64,000 nt of DNA from Camelus dromedarius (Eukaryota), in the NCBI RefSeq assembly GCF_036321535.1, contig NC_087438.1, positions 2,978,001-3,042,000 of the forward strand. The letters are read 5' to 3'. The notes under the pieces were generated by a model. The model was not told the origin of the DNA. It saw nothing but the letters and a program-made list of their open reading frames with translations, and searched no databases. This document shows, one piece after another, positions 1 to 12,789 of this stretch. Positions within the stretch are counted from its first letter, which is position 1. Every line of letters starts with the position of its first letter. The position numbers were made by a program, and so were the translations under genes.

Positions 1-131
1 AGATAAGCTTTCTATTTGTCTCTCCTCATACTGGCCAGACAAGTTTCCTAAGATAAAATCAGTTATTTCTAGCTCATTAAATAAAAAATGTCCAAAGGAG
101 GTAGGCCATTCAGATTCCACAAAGACATGTG

Positions 132-803
132 CTCTTACCACGTGACCCAGCAATTCCACCCCTGGGCACACATCCAGAGGGGACTCTAATTCGAAAAGAC
201 ACCTGCACTCCAGTGTTCACAGCAGTGCTATTTATGACAGTCAAGACATGGAAGCAACATAAATGTCCATCATCAGATGACTGGATAAAGAAGCTGTGGT
301 GTATTTATACAACAGAATACTACTCAGTCATAAAAATAAATAAAGCAATGCCTTTTACAGCAACATGGATGGAACTGTGGATCATCATTCTAAGTGAAGT
401 AAGCCAGGAAGAGAAAGAAAAGTAACATATGATATCACTCATATGTGGAATCTAAAAAAAAGAAAAAAGAAAAAAGAAGACACTAATGAACTCATCTGTA
501 AAACAGAAACAGACTTGCAGATGTAGTAAACAATCTTATGGTTGCCAGGGGAAGGGGGTGAGAGAGGATAAATTTGGGAGCTTGAGATTTGCAAATATTA
601 ACTACTATATATAAAAATACATAAAAAACAAATTTATTCTTATAGCACAGGGAACTATATTTACTAACTTGTAATAACATTTAATGAAAGAGACTATGGA
701 AAAGAACATATATATATGTATATGCATATATAAATGACTGGGCCATTATGCTGTACAACAGAAACTGACAAGCTGTAACTGACTACACTCCAGTGGAAAA
801 AAA
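132..803 (+). mobile_element. Young 5'-truncated LINE-1 (ORF2 C-terminus, 3' UTR, A-rich tail)
   Basis: ORF 129-425 gives DPAIPPLG..KDTCTPVFTAVLF..KTWKQHKCPSSDDWIKKLWCIYTTEYYS, the L1 ORF2p C-terminal motif. An L1 3' UTR (tatagcacagggaact) and an A-run follow. It is closely similar to 38450-39051. Confidence 0.95.
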
Positions 804-1879
804 ATTAAATTAAATTGAATTGAATTTTAAAATAAAAGTAAATAAAATTAATGGATGGTTCCTGTTTTCTCCACACTAGCCTCTACTGCCTTCTGAGTGG
901 GAAATTCCTAGTGCTTTGGAAAGAAATGTCTTGTAAACATTATTTAATTTAATTAATAATCCTTGAACTAGATACTTCTTTATCTATCACAAAACTAAAA
1001 TGGACTAAAAGAATTCAATTGTATATACAAATACTAGTGAATAAGTTAAATTAATAAACTAAATTAAATCCATAATTCATTGCAGTTTGAAAATTGTGTA
1101 TTGGTAACAGGTAAAGGGTCCATTAATGTATTGTATGTCCTTGGGAGGGAAGTTCATGGCAATTTTTCAGGTACTGGTCCTACACGCTGTACCATGGAAA
1201 AGAGTCCACTGGTTTTCCCTTAAAGAGGAAAGAGAGCATTTCAGCACATAAAGGAAAATTGGAAAAAATAATGTATGTATCTTTCAAGGTCAGCAATAGT
1301 ACAAAATAGTTATACTCAGTTTTTATCATACATGTAAACTGTATTGGAAAAGACAGCAGAAATCTGTTCCTAACATATAAATCACTTACTTGCAAAGTCT
1401 GGGAATGTTACCTTTTTTCCTTCTTCTTCGTTTAAATAAGCCCTTCGGAAGACAGGAGGCTGCATCACTTACCCTGTGGCATGACTTGCTGTTTCAGCTG
1501 GAAGATCACACTTCCCATCCCCATGGGGGAATGAGAAGTAACTGGGCAAAGTGCACCGCTCCCACAGTGACAGGAAAGATGTCTTCTTTTTGCGCTCTCA
1601 CTCTTTCCATCAAGTGCATGAGGTCACCCATCTGTTAGCTCAGAGCTGGCATGTGCGGCACCCACAGCACACCCGATCTGACCCACCGCAGCCAGAAGGC
1701 AGCATCTGGTGCTCTCTCCTCCTGATCCCTTTCACCCGCTATCCCAGGTCCTCTCAGCAAGGTGACAGAGTATTCCAAGTGCCCAACAACAGGGTTGACG
1801 TGAACACGGGCTCGATTGAGCTCCGTGATGCTATCAGTCTTGGCGAAAGACCCCCAAGGCCAGCCCCGTCTTGCCAGCC

Positions 1880-2620
1880 CTCCCTGCTGACCTCCACCCA
1901 CAGCAGTTTACTCTCCCCATCATCACCTGGATCCCGAGCTCCTGCTGGCTCCACCGGCTTCTCCCCTTCCACTCCCAAAGCTCCCACTGGGCCAAGAATC
2001 CCTTTTACTCTCTACGTCTCTGTTTCTCCATCACATCTTGCTCTTACTGACACTTGACAACCCTAGAAGACGTCACGTCTTCTGCAGCCCTCTCAGAGGT
2101 GGATTGTTCTCTCTCACATGCTACATGGAACACTTACTACATGTCTGCACTGTGTTTAGCCCATGCCACCCTCTCAACAACCCTGTTTTACTGATGAGGC
2201 AATGAAACGCGAAGGGGAGAGAGCCTTTTTGTTTTTTGCTATGGTTCAGGGACCATTTCTCTTCCAGCCCCTTTGAAAACACCCTGCTCCGTTGAGGTGA
2301 AGTCCTCAGACGCTGCCATGCTCTGCGCTCCCGATGGGCAAGGACCATCCTCCTGCATGCTCCAGTCACTTAGGTGTTCGCCCTCTAGTTTGTTCTCTTT
2401 ACCATCACCAGATTCCCAAGGACTTGGTCAGCCACGTAGAAGATGGCACAAACTGCCCAGGCTCTCAGCATCGGTACATCACCACTCCCAGTGGTCACTT
2501 CCTCCAGCCCAAGCATTCACCCCCACCATGGCCACATTTCTAGAACACACCGTTGATAACTAAACCCCATGTAGAACGTCAAATACAAACATCACTTCTG
2601 TTCAACATTTACTATTTTTC
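1880..2620 (+). mobile_element. Degraded L2 LINE fragments
   Basis: CT-rich sequence with L2-body-like wording (cattcacccccaccatggccacatttctagaacacacc). Recognised by eye and highly diverged. Confidence 0.4.
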
Positions 2621-2679
2621 TAACCGGAGCTTTCATCCAACTGGGACTTCCAATCTATTGATTCCATGACTTAAAGAAA

Positions 2680-3015
2680 TTTCTAATTGTTAATTTTAAT
2701 TTTAGAAGCGGATTCCTTTCTCCTGACTTAAATAAAAATGAACAGCTGGACAGTGTAAACACTCTTCTTCCACCTGCTCCATTCACAGCCATATACCCTG
2801 TAGACCTCACAGGTCAGCAGTCAGTTTAGTTTCTTGAATAAACTTTCAAAATTTATCTCTGCCTATTCTAGACAATGCAAACTAATTGTCTTAAAGTCTC
2901 ATTTTTATCTAAAAGATAGAATACTATACACACCAATCTTCATCTTCCTTTTTTCACTTAATAAGTCTTCAAGATATTTCTGGTAAGTATATAAGAACTT
3001 CCTTTGTCTTTTTTT
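2680..3015 (-). mobile_element. Ancient L1 (L1ME-like) 3' region, left part, interrupted by an L1MB-like insertion
   Basis: ttttttcacttaataagtcttcaagatatttc resembles an antisense L1ME 3' end. Similarity resumes near 4690. Confidence 0.55.
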
Positions 3016-4672
3016 AAAAAAATTGTCTTAATTTTTAAGTGTGCAGTTTAGTAGTGTTAATTATATTCACATTGTCCTGCAACAGGTCTCTAGAATTTTT
3101 TTATCTTGCAAAATTAGACCTTTACACCTCTTCCTGCTTACCCTAGCCCCTGGCAACCAACATTCTACTTCTGTTTCTGTAAGTTTTACTGATTAAATAT
3201 CTCATGTAAGTGCAGTTATACAGCATTTTCCTTTAGCAATGAGCTTATTTCACTTCACAATGCACTCAAGGATCATCCACGTTGTAGCATGTGATAGCAT
3301 TTTCTTCTTTTTCAAGGCTGAATAGCCTTCCATTATATGTACAGACCACATTTTCCTTGTCCATTTGTCTGTGGATGTTTGGACTGCTCATACCTGTTCA
3401 CTATTGTGAGTAATACCACAGTAAACGTAGATATGCAAGCATCTCTTCAAATTCCTGCTTTCTTTTGGATATATACCCAGATATGGGATTGCTAAAGTAT
3501 ATGGTCATTCTATTTTTACATTTGTGAGAACCCTCCATATCATTTTTTGTAATGACTGTACCATTTTACATTCCTACCAACAATTTACAAGAGTTCTAAG
3601 ATTTCTAACTTCTCCAAAAACATTCTTGTCAACACTTACTATTTTCTGTCTTTCTGTGTGTGCGTGTGTGTGTGTGTGTGTTTATGTGTGTGTTTATGTT
3701 GGCCATCCTAATGGGTGTGAGGTGACATCTCATTGCGGCTTTGATTTGCGCTTATCTAATGGTTAGTGATGTTGAACCATCTTTTCATATGCTTGTTGGC
3801 CATTTGTGTATCTTTGGAGAAATATTTATTCAAATTATTTTCTCATTTTTAATAAGGTTTTTTGTGGGGTTTTTATCGTTGTTGAGTTATAGAGGTTTTT
3901 TATATATTCTAGATGTTACTCGCTTTTCATATATATCATTTGCAAATGCTTCCTCCCACTCGGAGACAGCTGTTCACTCTATTGAGTGTTTATTTTGATG
4001 CACAGAAGTTTTTTGTTTTGTTTTGTTTTAAGTTTGAAATGGTCCATCTTTCTATTTTTGCTTGTGTCACCTGTGCTTTTGGTGTCATATCCAAAAATTT
4101 GTTGCCAAATTCAGTGTCATGACATTTCCCCCCACATTTCCTTCTGGGAGTTTTAGAGTTTTAGATCTTTTGTTTCAGTATTTAATCCATTCTGAGTTAA
4201 AATTTTGTATACCGTGTAAGATAGTGGTGCAACTTCATTTGTTTGCATATAGTTATTCAGTTTTCCTGGTATTGTTTGTTGAAGAGATGGTTCTTTCCCA
4301 CTGTGGTGATTTTTTACATCCTTGTCAAAGATAGTTTAACCATATACACAAGGGTTTATTTCTGGGCTATCTGTTCTGTTCCACTGATTTATATTTCTGC
4401 CTCCATCCCAGTACCACACCATTTTGATTACCGTGGGTTTATAACACGTTTTGAAATAAGGAAGTGTAAAGCCTCCAGATTTGCTCCTCTTTTTCAAAAT
4501 TGTTTTGGCTGTTGGGGGCCCTATGAGCTTGCATAAGAATTTTAAGATGTCTTCTTTCTATTTCTGAAAAATAAAAAAGCCATTGGAATTGTGATAGGGA
4601 TTGCATTGAATCTATAGCTCACTTTGGATAATATTTAACATTTTAACAATATTAATTCTTCCAGGCCATAAT
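3016..4672 (-). mobile_element. L1MB-like LINE-1 (3' UTR plus 3' part of ORF2)
   Basis: gtgcagtttagtagtgttaattatattcacattgtcctgcaacaggtctctagaa is an antisense L1MB-type 3' end. Antisense ORF2 follows (ggccatcctaatgggtgtgaggtgacatctcattg; gatagggattgcattgaatctatag). An internal (TG)n lies at about 3655-3692. Confidence 0.9.
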
Positions 4673-4689
4673 CCCTTGTTATTTATTTG

Positions 4690-6320
4690 TGTTCTCTATT
4701 TTGCTTTATAGTATTCTGTTGTATGTTTGTATTAACTTATGTAGTTGGTGATTTAGTAAATCTGTACCTTGTTAATGAATATTTACATTGGTTCAATTTT
4801 GCTATTAGAAATAATGCCATAGTAAGTAACCATATACATACTTTTTTTTCTGTTAGCTAGGGTAAATTCCCAGAAGTGGAATTGTTAGGTCAAAGTATAC
4901 AGGCATTTGTAGTTTTGATAAATATGCCAAATTGCCCTCTACAGAGGTTGCACTAGTTTACCCTTCCAATAGCTGTGGTTAACAATGTTTCCTCCCTCCC
5001 TACTTCCCTGAAAAAGTACAGAATCAAACTTTCAGATTTTTTTCCATATGGTAGACAGACATGGCACCTCAGTGAAATTTTAATGGGCAGTTCCTTTAGT
5101 ATGAGTGAGGTTGAGCATCTTTCTTTAATATTTGTATTTCCTTTCCTGTGAAATCTTTGTACCTTTTGCTTTTTTTTCTGTTGGATTGTTGGTCTTTTTC
5201 TTATCAATGAGGAACTCTGTCTCTTAGGGAGAACAGTACTTGGCTAGTGATATTCATCGCAAAAAGTCTTTCTAGTTTGCCATTTTTCTCAGATTTGGTT
5301 TTTACGTATTTCTTTTTGCTTTTGTTGTTGTTGTTATTCATATAGGAAAATTTGGCTTTTGTGGTAAAATTTAACTATATTTCATGGCCTCTCAAGTTTA
5401 GTCAGACCTTCCTTTCTCCAAGATTATTAAGTAATTTTGCCATACTTTCTGGTCCTTTAATAGTTTACATTTTATAATTAAACCCTTGAAACATCTGAAG
5501 TAATTCTGAGGTGTAGTGTGAAGAATGGGTCCAACATTAATGTTTTCATAAATCAGCCCAGTTGACCCAATACCTCTTATTGAAAAATCTATCTTTACCT
5601 TTCTTATTTTAACTGCCATATTAATAATATTCCAAAGTCCCAGTGCATTTCAGTGTATTTCCTTTGGTCTATCTCTTCATGTGCCAGCTCCACATTATTT
5701 TAATAGTGGAGATTTTATTATGTGTTTTAAGATCTTGTGGGGCTATTCCATTGATTTTTCTCTCATATTATTTTCTGAGTTTATTCTTTTCATGTGAGCT
5801 TTAGGATCAAGGTTTTATTACTCCCAAAATATCTGTTGTCATATATTTATTGGCATTATAAATTGGTAAATTAAATTGTAAACGATTATATGTATTTATT
5901 TTTGAGTATTCATGTTCAAGGGCATGGTATGTATATTCCATATTCTATATTCAGTTCTTTATATGTTCTTCATATAATATTTGAAAGTTTACTTCATGTC
6001 GATATTGCTTATTTCTTGTTAAATTTTTCCTAGTTATTTTATATTTGGGTTTTGTTACTTTTAATGGGCACTTTTTCCATCATGAAGGCTTTTTAAACTT
6101 ATATATATTAATTATTTTTCTACTTTGTATAATTTCTGAATTTTGGTATTGTTTTCAGCAATATATCACCTGATTCCCTTAGTTTTTTCAGGGAACATAT
6201 TATCATATAGGGAGAGCATTGTCTTTTCTAATTTTTTATCTTGATTTATTTATCTCTGATCTGATTGTGTGACTACTGCCTCCCACGCGTTGTTAGGTGA
6301 TATTGGTGATAATGATCGTG
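4690..6320 (-). mobile_element. Ancient L1 (L1ME-like) ORF2, continuation of 2680-3015
   Basis: T-rich antisense ORF2 wording: aattcccagaagtggaattgttaggtcaaag; atgagtgaggttgagcatct; cccagttgacccaatacctcttattgaaaa. Confidence 0.8.
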
Positions 6321-6384
6321 ATGATAGTCAAATGAATTATTTCACATACTAATGAATCAGCAATCTCACATATACATATATATA

Positions 6385-6725
6385 TATGTAAAAAATCCTA
6401 AATGAAAAACGAGTAAACATAATCAGAAAGCATTTAACAGACATAACCATTTGATAATCTTGTGGAGCTGATTCCAGATGTAAGGATGGTTGCATATAAG
6501 GAAATCTATTGATCTAATCCATAATATTAACAGATCTAAAGAAAAAAAAATATGCTCATCTTCATACATGCTGACAGGCATTTGGAAATATTCAACAATT
6601 ATTTATGATTTTAGAAAAATTAATAAATCAAGAACAGATGGCCATTTTGTAATCGATAAAATTTGTCTTCTTTTGTCCAAAAGCTCGGATTCCACTCAGT
6701 AGTGAAACACAAGAAGCATTGCAAG
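6385..6725 (+). mobile_element. L1 ORF2 reverse-transcriptase fragment in opposite orientation to its neighbours
   Basis: ORF 6490 reads HIRKSIDLIHNINRSKEK, matching L1 RT NIRKSINVIHHINR.K.K. Confidence 0.8.
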
Positions 6726-6729
6726 TTCT

Positions 6730-8110
6730 GATGCTTTATTTGTGCCCTAGTATATGGGCAATTTTAGTGAACATTCTACACACACAAAGAAAGAAGATAT
6801 TGCCTCTATTTTCAGGGTATAGTATTTGCTCTGTGTAAGGCAGATCTTGTTATTAGTTGCATTATTCGGACTTTTAGATACTCTTATTTTAAACCTGGTC
6901 TGTCGCAGAGGGCGAGGAATGAGCTGAAGTGCCCACTACTCACGTTTCTTCTGTCTCTTCTTGCAGTTCCTGTAATTTCTGCTTTGTTAATATGGCAACT
7001 ACGCTATTTCACGCATGACACCTTTCTTGTCAACAGTTCATTTTTGTACTAGAGTTTCTTTTTGTTTTTTATCTTGTTTAATGTTCTCACCTAAACTGCT
7101 TGTTTTGTCTGATCTTAAAATTATGTCCTATGTTTTCTTTTTCTCTTTTTCTTGCATATCTTAGCCTATTCTTTAGTTTTCCATTTTTAGAATATATTGT
7201 TTTAAACAGAAGAGCATAAACTTGGGTTTTACTTTATGATTTAACTGAATTTTTAAAACTGCTTATTTACATTTATTGAAATAAGAAACATGTTTGGTCT
7301 TGGTTCTTTTATATTATTTTGTAATTTTCTATGTGTAAGTCTTTAATATGTGTTCAATTTTACCTTGCTTTTTTGTGAATAGATTTCTGATATTTAGGAA
7401 GGCAGGCAGTTTTGATTGTTTTAGTGGTTATTTTTATAATTAAAACTTAATACAGTACCCTTCATCCTTTGGTTATTTACACAGTATCTGTTAATCCCTC
7501 ATGTAAGCAATAGCAAAGAGAGCATCTTTTTGCTGTCTTATGGATCATTCATTAGCATCAATTTTAGTGAATAATGATGTATTTTAGCATTAATATTATT
7601 CTGCTAAATATCTTTATATTTCTCTTAATATTCCACTTTAAAAATGTATTTTTTCCCTTTGTGACATCTTTACTGATTGCCTTATTTCACGTTGTGAAAG
7701 CATATTACCCTTGTGTTTTGTTCAGTCCCCCTAGTTAGTCATAGTTTACACCTGGGGTTTAGTGCCCATAGTCACTACTTGACTGGCTGACCTTCTTCCT
7801 CTGTCGTTTCCCCATGTGGAGCTTATGGAGAGAAAAAATAAACCCTTGGTTCAATAATTTTGACAGGATAGATCTCGTTTTTAGATCAGTTTTTCCTTGA
7901 CCAAAAATGTGGCCTTTTAAAACAGATTTAAATAGTCTTCATTTCAGAAAGAAGTTATTAAAGCAGACATGCTCTCAGGAAGCCGTCCCTCTCTATGGCG
8001 CCTAGGAAGCCTCTTGTGCTGAAGAAAAATTTCTTCTGTTTCATTTGTTTTATTTTATACTTTTGGAGACTCCAATGATTGATATATTGGGCTTCCATTT
8101 AAATTTTAAA
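6730..8110 (-). mobile_element. Ancient L1 5' ORF2 / inter-ORF fragments
   Basis: tttgtgccctagtatatgggcaattttagtgaacattc and ctgaagtgcccactact resemble the antisense L1 endonuclease region. Very T-rich and diverged. Confidence 0.6.
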
Positions 8111-8129
8111 TCACCTCTTGATTTAAAAA

Positions 8130-10560
8130 AGATGCCTACAGAGAATTTAGTTAGGATTGCTTCGAATCTATAAATCCATTAGACAAAATTGACATCTTAA
8201 TACAGTTCAGACTTCTGATTCATGAATACTATACATATGTGTATATATATTTTTTTCATTTAGTCTTTCTTTGAATTCTCTCTTCAGTTTACAATTGTTA
8301 TTGTACAAATCTTGAACAATTTTATTAGAATTTCAAGATTTTTGGTCTTATTGAAAATTGTGTTTTATTTAAGATTTTCACTACTTGTTCGTTGCTAATG
8401 TATAAAAATACAATTGATTTTTGTGTATTAACTTTCTATAGCATGATATTGCAGAACCCACATGTTATATCTAGTACTGTTTCTGTAGATGCTTTGGCAT
8501 TTTGACATTGATAGTCATCTAGTCTATGAATAGAGATAATTTTAATTTTAATTTTTAATTTCCTCTAATGTCACTTCTTCATTTTTCTTGTCATATAGTA
8601 GTGGATAGTTCCTCCATATATTTTGGTACGCAAAATAATGCCCCCACCCAAAAACAGATGTTCACACACTAATTCTCAGAACTTGTGAAAATGTTCCCTG
8701 AAGTAGCAAAATGGATTTTGCAGGTGTAATTAATAGTATGGACCTTGAAATAAAGTGATTATTCTGGATTATCCAACTGGATGTAATCTAACACGTTGAA
8801 CCTTAAAATTACAGGAATCCTTTCAGGTAGACTTGCATGGCTGAGAAGAAAGAAACAGAGAAGACCTCTGATTGTAAGAGACTCAGACCACTGCTAGTGG
8901 TTTTGAATGTGGGGAAAGGGTCCATGTGGCAAGGGATGTGGGCAGACTCACAAGGGAAGTCGAAACAGCCTTCAGTGGACAGCCAGAAAGAAATGGGGGA
9001 CCTCAATCTTATAACTGCAAAAAACTGAATTCTGCCAATGATCTGAATAAGCAGGAAACAGAGTCTCCTCTGTGGCTGCTACTTAGCAAGAAGGCCCTGC
9101 TGACAACTATGTTTTACCTGAGTGAGATCTGTGTCAGACTTCTGACTCCCAGATACATAAAATAATAAATCTAGGTTGTCCTAAGCTACTGAGCTTTTGG
9201 TAATTTGTTGCCACATCAGTAGAAAACTAACACCGGTACTGAATAGAAATGTTGATAAGGGACACCTTTGTCTTTATTCTCAATCTTTGGGGAAGTACTG
9301 TCTGTCACTGTTAAGTGTATTAGCTGTGGTTCTTTGCAGATGGCCCTTCTCACGTTAAGGCCATTTTTGTCAAGAATGGTTGTTGAATTTTGTCAATTTT
9401 TTTTTGCATCTGTGGAAAAATGGCTTGGTTTTTCACCTGAAGCACAGTGATGTAGTGAATTACACTGATCAATTTACAAATGTTGACCAAGGCTTTCATC
9501 ACTGGAATAAATACCACTCAGTTGTGACTTCTTAGCTTTTTTTGTTTTATTGTCTTAGCCTTTTATGTATTGCTGGATTTGATTCCCTCATGTTTTGTTA
9601 AATATTTTTGTGACTATGTTCTTTAGGGTTATTAATCTATATTGTTCCTTTTTTGGGAATGTCTTTGTCTAGTTTTGATGTCAGAATAGTGTTGGGCTCA
9701 TAAAACAAATTTGGAATTTTCCCTGGTCTATGTTTTCTGGTTTTCTGGTAGAGGTTATATAAAATTGGTATTTATTTTCTGCAAGTATTGGTAGAATTTG
9801 CCAGTAAAGATAACTGAATCCAGTGAGAATATTTTAAACTAAAAATGTAATTTTAATAGACATTATACTATTCAGGTAATATATTTATTTTTGAAGGGGC
9901 TTTAGTATTTTGCATCAAAATCTATTTGTTTAATCTAGGACATCGTGAAATGTGTGTGTGTGTATGTTTAGTAATATTACCCTACCATCCTTTTAATATC
10001 TATACACTCTCCAGTGATGTCATTTCTTCTATTTCTGATATTAATAACCTATGCCCTCTCTTTTTTTTTAATCCTGAAAAGGTCTAGCTAAAAGGTTTGT
10101 CAATTTTGTTGATCTTTTTCAAACAATCTGCTTTGAATCCATTGATTTTTCTGCTTTTAATTTTATTGAATTCTGCTATTTTATTTGTCATTTCCTTCTT
10201 TATGATTAATTTAGGTTTAATTTTCTCTTCCTCTCTAATTTATTAATTTATAATTTTAAACAATTAATTTGAAACATTTCTTATTTTTAATTTAAACATT
10301 CAGTGCTATAAATTTCCCTCAAAGAATTTCTTTATCTACATCTCATATATTTTTGTACAATGTCCTTCAACTGTAATTAATTTTATGTGCATTTCAGTTC
10401 TCTGTGTGATTGACCCTTTCATTCAGGGGTATTTAGAAGAATGTTGTTTATTTCTCAAATTTTGGAGGACTGTCTAGATACCTAATATTGATTTCTAGTT
10501 TAATTTACTGTAATCAAAGAAAACACTGTGCACAATTTCAACTATTTTAAATCTTTTAAA
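8130..10560 (-). mobile_element. Old L1 ORF2 segment, split by an MLT1 LTR at 8622-9232
   Basis: ggattgcttcgaatctataaat; tactgaatagaaatgttgataagggacacctttgtc; ttgaattttgtcaa; tcaattttgttgatctttttcaaacaatc. The L1 sequence is collinear across the LTR. Confidence 0.85.
8622..9232 (+). mobile_element. MaLR solo LTR, MLT1D/E-like
   Basis: Begins tggtacgcaaaataatgcccccac..gatgttcac..ctaattctcagaacttgtgaaaatgtt and ends ataaatctaggttgtcctaagctactgagcttttggtaatttgttgccacatcagtagaaaactaaca. Confidence 0.88.
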
Positions 10561-12789
10561 GTTGAATCAGTTTTATTTTTTGGCAGCAAGTCAGATTTCT
10601 CAATGCTATTTGATGAACCATCTATTTTCCCCAATAATTTAGACTATCACCACTATCATATGCACTAATCTCATACATTTTTGAACCACATAAAAGTATT
10701 TGCAATGTCTAATGCAGCTCTGAGGAAAATATATTTAATTTGCATTGTAGTGTTTGCATGTGAACTATATTCCAAAGAAAATCCATTATGGGCATAAAAC
10801 AATGAGCAATTCTGTGGACAAATTTATTTTTCCATATCATTTTTAATAATGCTGCAGAATTTTTCAGGGATTTAGTCTACATCCTTCCAAATAAATATTT
10901 TTTGCCAAGTTCACTTTTCTAACACAAGGGTCAGCATTCTGGGCTCTTTCAAGCAATATGGATTCAAAACCTTTTATGCAGTTAAAGAAGGGCATTGTTT
11001 TCCGTCTTGGCTTGACTTACAGCATTGTAAATGCCAAGACCATGAAGATACTGTTGATTTAAGATGGCACATGTTACCCTGGCTTGTGCTGTACTCAGAA
11101 AGAATATTCAAGTAATACTTTAAGATCCAAGGACAAAGGTGAAGACTTTTTCAAAAAATTTCTAATCATTTATTTTTTAAAGCACTTGAAAAGGATAGTC
11201 AGCGATGCACAAAAAGTGCAAGAAATACTTCTGCCTGCCCTGGGGGAACAGCACGAGGAAGAGGCAGGCATGCAAATCAGAGGGAAGGTGACACCCAGAG
11301 AATTTAAGCAACAGCGTATCTGTATCTGCATCTCTATCCACGCCATCTCTATCTGTAACTGGATCTGTCTATATTTATACATAAAGGGTTCAGAGCAACC
11401 TTCTGAAATAAATTCTCGCTGTGAAAGACTGAGAAAAAAGAATGTGAAAAAGCTTTCCAGAGACAGTGCTTTCAAATCTGTCGTTGCTCAGGGGGCCTCA
11501 GAGAATCTACCTTAAGAGAGAAATCCAAGCTCCTGACAGAATGAGGAAAAGAGACTGTGAGCTGAAAATCAGTTTATTGTAAACTGAAGCACTCTTTCTA
11601 GAAGGTAGGTGTATGAAAGCTTTGCACAGACAGGAGTGTCCCTCTCATAACTTTTTTTTTTTAAGGAAGTGGGTAAGTAGAAAGTGAACAACGAACAAAG
11701 CATAGCTCCATGGAAGTCACTCCTTAGTAAAAGATCTCTCAGTAATGACTAGGTCCTTAGGGTTGTTCTCCAGAAAACTGCATTCATTTTTTGAGGAGTA
11801 GTTCCTACAGCTTTTTCTATCCCTCGCATCCATTTCTGGATATGTAAGCGCACGTACACAGACACATATACATGATTCTATTTTTTTTTTTAAATCAGGA
11901 AGGCACCTTGGCCCTGCAATGACATTTCGTATTGACAGTGCCGTCCAGAACACCAGTTCATTGACGATGAGGCTCCTGTATTTATGGAAGAAATATTTTC
12001 TTTATTTTCTTTACATACCTCAAGGCATGACTATCTTGCATCTTTGCAAAGTGCCCAGGGCAGAGTACTCTGGTGCTATCTGTTAATACCAGAAGGTTCT
12101 GCATTACATATTTTATGTTAAGATGCAGAACAGTGTCACCTAGGGGCCTCAGATCTTTGAGGAAAAACGGTATGTTTGTAATGGGAGTGCACCTTTCCTT
12201 CATCAAGTCACTTTTCCAAGCACGAAGAGATGTTAATTTTTTGACCTTTCGTTCATGGTCGCATTACAAGGAATTTTCCATAAAGGATTTATCGGATGTA
12301 GTGAAAGTGAAATGCACACGTGAACTAAGCGGGGAGAAAATGGAGCTGGGGCCGTGCGTCTCTTGAGTTTGTGGTTAATATTTAAATATCTCCCAGGTAG
12401 CCCAGGTCCCTCTTACCCATTATTTTGACTTAAACTAGAAATGTTGGTGATTAGCCTCCGAATTGGGTTGACTTCTTCTTAGGGTCCCTCTTCTTTCAGA
12501 GAAGCAATAAAGCAAGAAACAGCACTGCTGTTTTTACACAAAGCAGACATCTACCAGCCACCGAGTAGTCACAATTTCACTATTTTATTCTAAATATAGT
12601 ACCACTTGTGCAAGAAAAAAAAAGGTATATGTATATACATTATTGGTTCGGGGAACTCTAAGGAAGCCGCAAATGACAGTTAGTTCCGATTGTCAATCTA
12701 CACGTTTAATGAGAAACTCTGCCTGACATAATGAACCCTGGTGCTTCCAGCTGGAATCATTTTAAACAGAACTTGAGTCTACAACTCGA

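Noticed and set aside
2065..2083. Hairpin agaagacg-tca-cgtcttct containing a CRE-like core
   Set aside because: 8-bp arms are expected by chance in 64 kb, and it lies in probable L2 relic sequence.
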